Assembly (NCBI GenBank): GCA_051362555.1
Contig: CM120644.1
Span: 17,754,534-17,818,533 of the forward strand
Direction of reading: 5' to 3'
DNA length: 64,000 nt
DNA from: Lingula anatina
Taxonomy: Eukaryota > Animalia > Brachiopoda
Shown here: one piece after another, positions 51,475-62,406 of the stretch
How the letters are laid out: every line of letters starts with the position of its first letter
Numbering within the stretch: position 1 is the stretch's first letter
Notes under the pieces: model-generated
Databases searched by the model: none
Told to the model about the DNA's origin: nothing
The model's input: the letters and a program-made list of their open reading frames with translations, nothing else
Position numbers and translations under genes: made by a program

Positions 51475-54400
51475 AGGGAGCTAGCACATGTATGTACTAG
51501 TATGTGTGTTTGAAAGAGCATGAAAGTCTTTTGCTTCTGAATACCATTTTTAACATTTAAAAGAAATTCTCCGTCATCTGTGCTTATATAAAAATGTCCA
51601 CTACCAATAAATCCACAAGAAAACACTCGCACGTACCTTCATTGTTGCTCCTTGACACTCTCATCCCCATACTTCTTCCCACAGGATCAGAAGGACGGTA
51701 GTGGGAGAACTGACCATCTGACAAGTACTGAAATGTGCACAATTTAACATGAATTAGCATGCTTGTTTGTTATTTACTGCCACTACACACTTGCCACTGA
51801 CACACCTCTCTTCCAAATCCTGTGAAATCCTGTTATTTTACACTAAGTCGTGGGACTTTGGGTTATCTCAGATTATTCCCATTCCACTTGGATCCTTATA
51901 TGCTATATCAGAACCTTGTTATTCTGACCCCAATGCTGTATTAGGACCTCACTATTCAAAGCCCTATGCTGTATTATTACCTCTTTTTCCCCCCTCCTCA
52001 CACGATAATCAAGATGAGACTGCAACTTACTATAAAAAAGTCGAAAAATATGCATGGGGACCAAGAAGCTGCCTAGGCCAATGACATTTTTGAGCTCCCA
52101 AAAAGTTGGAAAACTGCCAATATTTGGAAAATTCTCATCCCTGCATAATAACATTCTTTCTGCCTTTGAGCCTATACTGTATAATTACATCATTACTCTA
52201 AGCCCAGTGCTGTTTTATGACCTTATTATTCTAAGCCCAATGCTGTATAAATATTTTTCCTAACACCATAATGCATTTCTTTCTCACTCTGAGCCCTATG
52301 CTGTATTATTACCTCATTATTCCTGGCCCTGGCCCTGGGTTCAGGATTAGTATGGTACCTGTCTAAGAAGCTGTCCTTCTGTTTCACTATCCATTCAGCC
52401 ACTTTGGAAAATGGTACACCGAGGGCTTGGAAAACTGCAATATAAAAACAGCGCAAATCTAATATATAACTAGAGGATCAGAGAGGCGATACCGCCTCCA
52501 AATATTGTACCACCAGCTGGAGCAAACGCATTCGTATAGACCCCCACATACACAAAATAAGGGACACAGCCACCAGTTTTGTGCTTGACAAGCTGTAAAA
52601 ATGCAATCAACAAGAATTTTTTAACTATTGCAAAAAATATATATGGTACAATCAAATTTAAGTTCTTCGTAAGGTAGGTCAAGGGTCAATTTCAAGGTCA
52701 CAGTAAATTGCCAGTATATGACTTCCTATTCAAGTTCAAGAATAACTATGGACCTATCTCTGTCAAGTTTGAAGTTAAAAGAGAAAGAAATTAGCAGAGT
52801 TCAGTTCATGATAAAAAGTAGGTCAAAGGTCAATTTCAAGGTCACACTTAGATTGCCAGTATAGGACTTCCTATTCAACTTCAATAGTAACTATGGACCT
52901 ATCTCAGCCAGTTTTGGAGATAAAAGGGAAGCAAAATTTGCAAAATTCAGTTCATGGTGAAAAGTAGGTCAAAGGTCAATTTCAAGGTCACATTTAGATT
53001 GCCAGTATATGACTTTCTATTCAAGTTCAATAGTAACTATGGACCTATCTCTGCCAGTTTTGAAGATAAAAGGGAAGCAAAATTTGCAAAGTTCAGTTTA
53101 TGGTGAAAAGTAGGACAAAGGTCAATTTTAATGTCACATTTATAATGCCAGTATATGACTTCCTATTCAAGTTCAATAGTAACTACGGACCTATCTCAGC
53201 CAGTTTTGGAGATAAAAAGAAAGCAAAATTTGCAAAATTCAGTTCATGGTGTAAAGTAGGTCAAAGGTCAATTTTAAGGTCACATTTAGATTGCCAGTAT
53301 ATGACTTCCTTTTCAAGTTCAATAGTAACTATGGACCTATGTCTGCCAGTTTTGGAGATAAAAGGGCAGAAAAGTTTGCAAAGTTCAGTTCATGGTGAAA
53401 AGTAGGTCAAAGGTCAATTTCAAGGTCACATTTAGATTGCCAGTATATGACTTCCTATTCAACTTCAATAGTAACTATAGACCTATCTCAGCCAGTTTTG
53501 GAGATAAAAGGGAAGCAAAATTTGCAAAATTCAGTTCATGGTGAAAAGTAGGTCAAAGGTCAATTTCAAGGTCACATTTAGATTGCCAGTATATGACTTC
53601 CTATTCAAGTTCAATAGTAACTACGGACCTATCTCAGCCAGTTTTGGAGATAAAAGGAAAGCAAAATTTGCAAAATTCAGTTCATGGTGAAAAGTAGGTC
53701 AAAGGTCAATTTTAAGGTCACATTTAGATTGCCAGTATATGACTTCCTATTCAAGTTCAATAGTAACTATGGACCTATCTCTGCCAGTTTTGGAGATAAA
53801 AGGGAAGCAAATTTTGCAAAGTTCAGTTTATGGTGAAAAGTAGGTCAAAGGTCAATTTTAAGGTCACATTTAGATTGCCAGTATATGACTTTCTATTCAA
53901 TTCAATAGTAACTACGGACCTATCTCAGCCAGTTTTGGAGATAAAAGGAAAGCAAAATTTGCAAAATTCAGTTCATGGTGAAAAGTAGGTCAAAGGTCAA
54001 TTTTAATGTCACATATAGATTCCCAGTATATGACTTCCTATTCAAGTTCAATAGTAACTACGGACCTATCTCTGCCAGTTTTGGAGATAAAAGGAAAGCA
54101 AAATTTGCAAAATTCAGTTCATGGTGTAAAGTAGGTCAAAGGTCAATTTTAAGGTCACATTTACATTGCCAGTATATGACTTCCTATTCAACTTCAATAG
54201 TAACTATGGACCTATCTCTGCCAGTTTTGGAGATAAAAGGGAAGAAAAATTTGCAAAGTTCAGTTCATGGTGAAAAGTAGGTCAAAGGTCAATTTCAAGG
54301 TCATAGTAAGATTGCCAGTATATGACTTCCTATTCAACTTCAATAGTAACTATGGACCTATCTCTGCCAGTTTTGGAGATATAAGGGACTAGATGTTATA

Positions 54401-55778
54401 ATTTTGGAGTTACCATAATGTGCCTTAAATTTCGTACAGAAAAAATTAATTAAAATAAAGAAAATGTCATTTTGGTCAAAATTCTTGAAATAGGAGGTGC
54501 TCTGAAGTTTCAGAAGTTCAAATTTGATGAAATAATGTCATTTTTGAACACAAGTTGTCTGCTTTGCCAAGCCTTATGTTTTATTTTTCCAGAGTTCAAA
54601 ATTTATTATCCATTACCGTACTGCACATTTTGCTTTTACCACCAATATGTACTTTTTGATACAGCGTAACTCGAAAACCGTATGGAATACAAAAAAACCG
54701 AGACCACCTCCAGTGTTGGGCTTTACATGCTCTACAAAATGAAAAAAAGAATGGGTCTCTAGCATTAACGGTTCCCAAATTAGAGACAGTTTTCAGTTTC
54801 GGTATCTTATGGCCGCTACTCCCGTGAAAATGCACCGATTGACCCCAAATTCATGGAGATGAAAGATGACCTGAAGGGTAACACTTTCCAATAATATTAT
54901 TGGTTAAGTCTGTGTGGTGTCTGAATAACAGGGCAAAAAAATTTTTTTTCGTAAAAAATTTAATTTTTTTGAAAATTTTGGCCCATTTGACCTTGAAGTA
55001 GAGGTCAAAGGTCAAATCCAAGGGTATATTTGAAATCTACACATATGACTTTTGGAAAGCCGTCTATAGAAATTTTTCCCATAACTCCTTCCGTAGGGTA
55101 GATAATTAGCATTTAATTTTGCCATTTTTAGACAAGGGTGCATTGCAATGAGTGCCACACCCAGACCCCAATACCGACAAAGCCCAAATTTTACGTGGAA
55201 CGAGTTGAGATTATAGGTGACCTAAATCCATGAGATGGGTACGGGGGCCCTTACCGTCTAGGAGGAGAAGCGGTAACGGTAGCCGTCCGGCGGAGCCGGC
55301 GGAGCCAACGGAGCCGGCGGAACGATCCGGACGGGACCGAAACCATGTGTACCGCCAGCGCTAACGCTGGTGGTACAATAATTACTCAAGTTTCCCTGTC
55401 TGTGGAATGAACACTAACTCTGGTAAACATGAAACTTGGCCAGTAAAAGCTAGGTGAATTTGCTTAGGTCCTGTGTTGGTTTGAGACCAGTAGATTCTTG
55501 AACCTTGTTGCAGAAAGGTACAGATGACTAAAATATTTTTGACACTGAGTTTTCCTTTTGTTTTAGCATATATATGTACTAGTAAGGCAATTTTCAGCCT
55601 TAACAGGTGGGAGATTACATATACTCAAGCTATTCTGCTAGACTTATTTTTCAAGAAGTTGAGGGCGCCCTCTTAAATACAGAAACAATATTTATAACAC
55701 AATTTATGTAACACAATGAAGAACCCCAAGTAGCTACCCTTTATATGCAATGTGTGTGTGTGTGTGTCTGTGTATGTG

Positions 55779-55843
<65 letters not shown>

Positions 55844-56980
55844 AGTCTTCAAACCATACGCTGATCCACATAGCAGTCAGAGGTCTCCACTTTTAGCTTT
55901 TCACTTTGATCTCTCTGAAGGGGGTCTGGGAAAAGTGCTCTTTGTAGATTTGTGAAAATAATGATAAAAATGGATGGCCCCTTACCTGTGCAATGTACAA
56001 CTTACCCCCTTCACTGATCTTTTGCCTCTTGTTTTCTGGTGTCTCAATAAGGTCCGCTTCTACTTCAAGAAGACTGAAATTCAAAGATGGTAAACACTAC
56101 ATCAGAAACAGGCCCAGGATCTTGTTACATTGACCTAGGTATGGAAACCCCATCTAAGGAAGCATTTCCATAGATTTTAGAACGATCTATCCCCATGGGG
56201 AGTCCCACTAGATTACTGTCAGATAATCCGGCTTAAATGTCCGTTCCGCCAACTGCAAGCTGTAAGGGGGTAATTAACTTTCGGGTACTTTTGTAGTATA
56301 CCCCCCCACCCTGTAACTTCCTGAAACTTTCATTTTTCAAACATTTTTTTACTTTGTCTTTTTCACCTATGTCAAAGCTGTTGAAATAAAATGTTTTTGT
56401 TATTACCTTTGGTCTTTTCATTAGTTTTAATCACGTTTAATCCACCCCATTGAAATACAATGTGAAAATTTACAATGTACCTGCAGTCAATAACTTGCCG
56501 CATATTCGTTGGCTAACTCTACCTTATTTTATGTGAACATGGGATTGATACATTGTATACTTGGACTTCCTCTGTGAAATTATTAGGAGCAACTTGTTCA
56601 CATAAAATTACCTAAGAGTTAGCCAACAAAAATGCGGCAAGTTATTGACTGCGGGTGTAAATTGAAGATTCTAACATTGTATTTCAATGGGCTGGATTAA
56701 ACGTGATTAAAACTAATAAAAAGTCCACAGGTAATTACAAAAGCATTTTATTTCAACAGCTTTGACATAGATGAACAAGAAAATGTAAAAAACTGTTTGA
56801 AAAGTGAAAATTACAGAAAGTTACAGGGTGGGGGGGTATACTACAAAAGTACCAACTTTCGTGCCTGCTCGGCTGACAGCTATTTAGCGTGAACCCCCAG
56901 GGAGTTAGGTCGATGTAGTTGGATCGACCTAATCTCTGGGAATGGGGTCTAGGATACTTCTGCACTTCAACATACAGCAC

Positions 56981-57013
<33 letters not shown>

Positions 57014-57369
57014 AGTAGTACAACCTGGGAAACACTCGAAAGCCGCGACATGTGTGGTGTTTGAACCAACTTAATTTTGATAATTAAATTGCTTGTCATC
57101 TGCATCTCGCGAAAATTAAGGGGGGCTACTTCATTATTTGCACGAATTTTAATTTTCGTTAGTTCGATTTGAAACGCTGTGGACTATATCACTAGTAATA
57201 TCACTAATTTAAATGCAAGGTGAAACATTAAATACGGTTGTGTTGTAGCGATTTAAATGCGTTACCTGCTAGCAGGACGCTTTCTGCTGCCACCACGAGA
57301 GTCTTGGGAATCTTTTTCTTTTTCTGGCTGAATAAATGAACGAATCCTATTCCCCAATGAAGAGAGCAT
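38515..57369 (-). CDS. SENP1/2-like SUMO-specific protease (Ulp1, peptidase C48), about 18 coding exons; catalytic-region exons 41658-41800, 40693-40896, 40206-40285, 39703-39781, 38901-38996, 38515-38583
   Basis: Motifs [31 protein letters not shown] (His), YFDSMG (Asp), [13 protein letters not shown] (Gln/Cys), MPYFR. Upstream exons (57266-57369 [18 protein letters not shown]; 56006-56073 NKRQK; 52313-52434; ~47643-47776 [10 protein letters not shown]; 45411-45555) join in compatible phase. N-terminal exon boundaries are less certain. Confidence 0.9.
39051..39740 (-). repeat. 46-bp minisatellite, 15 units, each made of a SENP exon 3' end plus its splice donor
   Basis: Unit on the minus strand is TTTGACATGACAGGCTGGAGGGATGAGATTGTAAAG|GTGGGTGYAC; the first unit is the true exon end [12 protein letters not shown]. 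Confidence 0.95.
41129..41700 (-). repeat. ~105-bp tandem repeat (4 copies plus a partial) of a SENP exon end plus donor
   Basis: GAG|GTA donors at 41657, 41554, 41449 and 41344, each preceded by a variant of the sequence encoding [14 protein letters not shown]. Confidence 0.9.
41849..44712 (-). mobile_element. Helentron/HINE-type non-autonomous element, copy 1, with a central ~145-bp satellite array (~42246-44070)
   Basis: Sub-terminal inverted repeat gtaccaccagc/gctggtggtac; stem-loop agtaccgccagcg..cgctggtggtact at one end; hairpin gaggcgataccgcctc plus CTAG at the other; (cggagccgg)-type microsatellite; A/T-rich insertion site. Confidence 0.8.
52469..55380 (-). mobile_element. Helentron/HINE-type element, copy 2, with about 12 x 146-bp satellite units (~52671-54390)
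   Basis: Same termini and internal blocks as copy 1; unit starts at 52961, 53107 and 53253 give a 146-bp period; carries an extra segment ~54410-54805 absent from copy 1. Confidence 0.8.
55751..55838. repeat. (TG)n microsatellite
   Basis: Direct reading. Confidence 0.95.
56284..56853. mobile_element. Merlin-like foldback MITE (~570 bp, almost fully palindromic) inserted in a family B MITE (56155-56952)
   Basis: Termini GGTACTTTTGTAGTATACCCC / GGGGTATACTACAAAAGTACC; 8-bp TSD AACTTTCG at 56276-56283 and 56854-56861. Confidence 0.8.
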
Positions 57370-57728
57370 TGGAGCTTTTGTTGTTTTCTCCCGGCCTCGA
57401 GAGAGCAAATATGGCGGGCAGGAAGCAGTACTACGGACCCATTTTGTGTTATGTTTGTAAGAATCTGATTGGCAATCAGTACAATGAAATAATGTTTAAC
57501 TAGTTCATAATTTCCTGTTATTTCCATCATTGCCAATAAAAATTGTACTTTAACCAAATTGTCGAAAAAATATTTGTTAATATTTTATCAACTGGGCACT
57601 GCAAGACTATTCTTGACCTATTTCCAAAGTTACTAAATTTAGAACCTGGAAAATTTGTCAGGGAAAACTTCACACCAAGAAACAATCAAGTGATGTAGGG
57701 TCGTCGCTATTTTCGTTATTTCAGAATT
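57370..57728. promoter_or_regulatory. Short divergent (bidirectional) promoter region between the SENP and DED-helicase start codons
   Basis: Divergent ATGs at 57369 (-) and 57729 (+); YY1-like AAATATGGCGG at 57407-57417. Confidence 0.6.
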
Positions 57729-60700
57729 ATGGCTGAATCAAAAATCAGATTAAAACCATATGCGAAATTGCGTATTCGTGTATGCAAAGAACTGCAGACA
57801 GCAGACTTTGATTTTATAAAATTGGCACTGCAGGATGAAATACCTGCCGGCGAATTGGAGGAGATTTCAAACCCTCAGAAGCTTTGGAATGCCATGAAAA
57901 AAAGGAACCTTATTGAACCTAATGACGTTGGTTTTCTCAAGGAAATTATGGAACACATCGATCGACTTGATTTGGTAAAAGTCATTGAAGAATATGAAGA
58001 GGATCGTGGTAATTTATTGAATTCTTGGTCTACTTTCACTTTCAAAAATTTGACCAAATGCATTAATGTAGTAACACTAGTTGGTAATTTTATATAAACA
58101 TGTACTATAAATTACATATTAGCAAATATGCATATAAAAAAAAAACTAAATCAGAGTGCTTAGACATGATTTACTCGACAGATGTGGCTTTTTTAATTAA
58201 TTAATTTTTATTTTTTATTCAATTATTTATTTATTATTATTATTATTATTTTGTACAGTTTGATTCTCCCCTAGTACCGTTATATGTATATTTTCTATTC
58301 CTTCAGTTAACATATGTATTGAACTGTCCTGACACAACTCACAGACATAAAAAGAGATAAAAATCAGGTGTTGATAATTTAAGCATATAATTTTCAATTA
58401 ATAGCGCGGAACCCTGAATTGCAAGCACCTGACAAGGACGCGAGATATCCAGAGGTGAGTGATATTAGTACTGGTTTTAATAGCATTTAACAAGCCATCT
58501 TAATCATTAGTAAAGTAGAAAAAATATCAAGACTTAAGCCATTTCTCTCATCAATAAAGCAGGAAAATGTATATTGTTAATTTTCTGACATGCTACAGTA
58601 TTAGTGCATACATGTACCAGTAATATTACTAGGTCCTATATATATATATATATACCTTTGCAGAGCCAGCCCTTAACTGTAGATCTGTGGTTTTTTATTG
58701 TCTGGGTTTGACATACACATTGTACCTGTTGTCTTTACTTGCCCAACAAAAGTGATTTCTACAGTCAGGCAACTAACATTTATAGTAATTTTTGTCATCA
58801 AACAAGAGGGGAAATAGTGGTGCCTTTAATTTTTTTCAATGCGGAGAATTGTGAATTTAACAGAAACCTTTTTTTTTGAGTTGTTAATTCTTAAAATGAG
58901 AACATTCTTATTGAGTGATTGCAACAAATATGAAATGTGGCCTAGCCTATAGTTCTATTCTGTAATACATTTGTACCACAGCAGATGCTTAATAGAAACA
59001 GTTTTTAATAGTTTTTAATTAATGATTTCAAAACTATGTTTTCGAAAGACTGATAATTTATGCTGTTGAAAAGGTCCACTCATTATAACTTCAGTTTCTG
59101 CTGTTTTAAAGTTTGTGTCACAGTATGGAAAAATAACAGAATAATTAATATTATTAAATACTTTTGCAGCAAGTGGAAAGCCCTGGAGAAGAGACTGCTA
59201 AAAAAGAGGCTCTCCCACTACATACAGCATCGTCTGATTCTCAGCTTCAGAAAAGTGCCAAGCCATCAAACAGATATCATTTGCTCCATTCAGAGTCATC
59301 TCCAGGCTTATCAAATGCCAATCAACCAGTAATAGGTAGCACAGGTGGACAATCTCCTCTTTTAGATGTCCAAGGAACAACTGGCAGTCAGCCAGGAACT
59401 CGTAACATTGGTGCAAGCCCCCTTAGCCCTTTAAATGGGAACACAAGCCTTACTTTCTCTAACCATGTTGAGAGTAAAGAGACATTTCCAAAACAGCGAG
59501 TTGGCTTCGATGGAAATGCCCCCAGTTCTGGCCCTCAGTGTGAGCAGACAGCTGTTAAAGTTGTTAACTCGTCTGATGGCGTTGGCAACTTTGAAAGACC
59601 CCAACTTCCAGCTTCTCTTGATAGTCTGAGTTCACAAACTGCACGCAAGCCAGTGTATGGTGATAGCGAAGACTTAGAGGAAGATTCTTCATGTGGTGCT
59701 TCTACAGGTAAATATGAGACACACGGTTATATAAACTGACTTTGTAAATATTTCTGTAAGTGATTGAATATGTACTGAATATATGGGATTATACTGAGCA
59801 TTAGGTTTAATGCATGTCTTCATTTACAAATTGCTATACTAGTATGTGCATGCTTATTGCACTCCGACATTCAATGACAAGTTTGATTTAAGTTTACAGC
59901 ACTAATCCCAAATTTAAATGCGCATTCAGTCAATCGGATAGCGTGCCTACTAGTACATGTACTTTGGGACGTGAAAGAGCATGTGACATACTCCACACTG
60001 AATAGACTGATTTGTAAGGTATTTGTGACTGATGCATGAACTTCAATCAAGAGCTGCTGAATTCCAGATGCAAATTAAAACAAGCTGCACGTATGAAAAA
60101 TTTGAATATCTGAAAGGCTTGACTCTGAACTTTTAATCGGTATATTAATTGTTTATCCTATTATAAGTCTTATATTGGTGCTGCATGCACAACACAGCAA
60201 TGTTTTTTTCTTTTCTTGAAATAAATACTTATTAAATAGGTACCTGACTCTCCTGATTTATCATACCCCGTTCACACTACAATCTGAAATATCCGAATTT
60301 TTGCAATGCGAATTACGGTTGAAAAATCCGATTCGATTTTCTGGCCACACACAGCAAAGGGAAACCGAATCGTGCACTGAAAATTCAGGTGGAGGTTCCG
60401 GTTTGAAGAATTGCGCATGCGCAGAATCCATGAAAACAAAAATATAGCGCCAATCATTGCTCTTCTCGCACTCAGTTTTTTTTCTCGTGTAATTTGTTTT
60501 TGGAACATCAAATTTAACCCAAAAGTCGTCAAAAGGGAGATTTAAGTAAGATCTGGAAGAATTTGACGGATACAAGAAGGAGAATAGCTGGGTTTCGATG
60601 GAGAGTGTGGGTCCACTGACCTGGCATGTTGCTTTTCTTTCCCGCGAGATTTGCTAGTGCATGCGCAGTGCGATCTAAACAGGTGGCCCTTCCGGTAAAG

Positions 60701-62406
60701 TAACCGAATCGCTGGAGAGAATCCAGCTCGCTAGTAGGATTTTTGGAAACCGGTTTACAAAAATCCTCATGCGTTCAGACTACCGCAATAATTCGAATCT
60801 TGACCTAATTCGCTATTTAACCGGTTAAATGACTGCAGTGTGAACGGGGTATGATATGCCCTGGCTTAGCTCAATTAAACCATTCTAGGACTTTCTTTGT
60901 TTTTCATTTCATCTTTTAAAAAATAATTCTAGTGTTTTATGAATGTTTCATAGGAATTATTATATTGATAAAAACGCATATTTTAAATAAAATATACTTC
61001 TGGTTTAGAATTTGTAATTGCAATTATTTAAGGGTATTGCTTTTGGTTAGATGCATGTGTATCTTTCAAATATGAGATGAGTTTGCACCTCCATTCACGT
61101 GCTTAAAATTGTATATGCTGTTCCTAATTATTATATTTGTTTTTATAAATTTTGTGATGAAAATCATTTCTATTAAATAAAATATATATTACTGTCATAG
61201 CAATTATACCTTGTAATTAGGATCTAGTATCATAATTCTGTCATTGATCTTAATTTTTATCTTTTAGCTCAAGCAGTGTTCATTGGTAGTGAACCAGTGG
61301 TAGAGGCAGCAGGTGAAATGACAGAAAGAAATGAAGGCATAATCAGACAGGCGTCTGTCCCTCTGGAGCATCTTGTCCAAGATGGTGTCCCAACAAAGAA
61401 GAAATTTTCTTTGCGTAAATATCAGCGCGAGTTGGCCAACGAGGCCATAAAAGGTACAAATACCATCATCTGTGCCCCCACTGGAAGTGGCAAGACCCTG
61501 ACTGCAGCGTATATCTCTCGCATCAGAAGAAGCCAGGTGCTGAAAAATGGCCAGAAATTCAAAGCAGTTTTCATCGTTTGTATTCGAAATCTAATCCAGC
61601 AGCAAAAAGATGCCTTTCAAACCATTTTCCCGCCCCAGGATAAAATAGTTGGTGCCATAAGTCAGACTTCGGACAATTTGAAGACATGTTTGTTAAACTA
61701 TGACATTATGATGCTTACAGCACAGATTCTTGTCAATGATATCAAAGAAGGAGATGTGAAAATCACCGATTTCGACCTAATGATAATGGACGAGTGTCAT
61801 CACACAGATTTGGATCACCCATACAACATGATAATGAGGTTGTACATGACGGAGAAAAAGAATCGAGAGCAAAGAGGGGAGTCTACAGAGTGCCTTCCTC
61901 AGATTATTGGGCTTTCAGCCTCGCTGGGCACTGGAAAGGGGAACGATCCTCTGCAGCATTATTATCGGGTCTGCGCCAATTTAGACTGCTTCACCATCAG
62001 TCATGTGAGGAACCCAGTGAATGAAAGAGAGCTGCTTTGCATTAACCCCAAACCCAAAACAGATCAGATCAAACTGGTACAGCCTCGTTCGTCTGATGAT
62101 CCCTTCATCTTAATGGTAAAACAAATGATGGAAGCAAGTGAAAAGGAAGTCAGCTTTCCCATGGAGTTGTCCAAGAAGTTTGATAAGGGCAGTCAGGGGT
62201 ACGAAAATTGGGTCATTGAAAATAAAAACGAAGCCGAGTGCCAAGCGCTTCATACACCTGAAATGCGTAATACAGTCATAACTTGTCGATTTCTGAGAGA
62301 TCTGAATTCTGCTCTTATGCTGTACGATGACCTGAGAGGAAAAGATGCCCTGGAATTCCTAAGAAAAAAGATACTGGAAAATGATGACCGCAGTATTCAC
62401 AGTAAG
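57729..62406 (+). CDS. RIG-I-like receptor-type DExD/H helicase with N-terminal death effector domain (5' part); exons 57729-58008, 58405-58454, 59170-59707, 61268-62406; continues downstream
   Basis: Exon 1 is DED-like (..LWNAMKKRNLIEPNDVGFLKEIMEHIDRLDLVKVIEEY, RxDL motif). The helicase exon has LRKYQRELA, ICAPTGSGKT, TAQILVN, DECHH..HPYNMIM, LPQIIGLSASLG and a Hel2i-like GSQGYENW. Junction phases 1, 0 and 1 join all four exons in one frame. Confidence 0.87.
60264..60851. mobile_element. MITE with 15-bp TIRs (Harbinger-like) in a helicase intron
   Basis: taccccgttcacact ... agtgtgaacggggta. Confidence 0.65.

Noticed and set aside
53100-54280. Duplicated 101-aa ORFs MVKSR...
   Set aside because: Translations of the 146-bp satellite units
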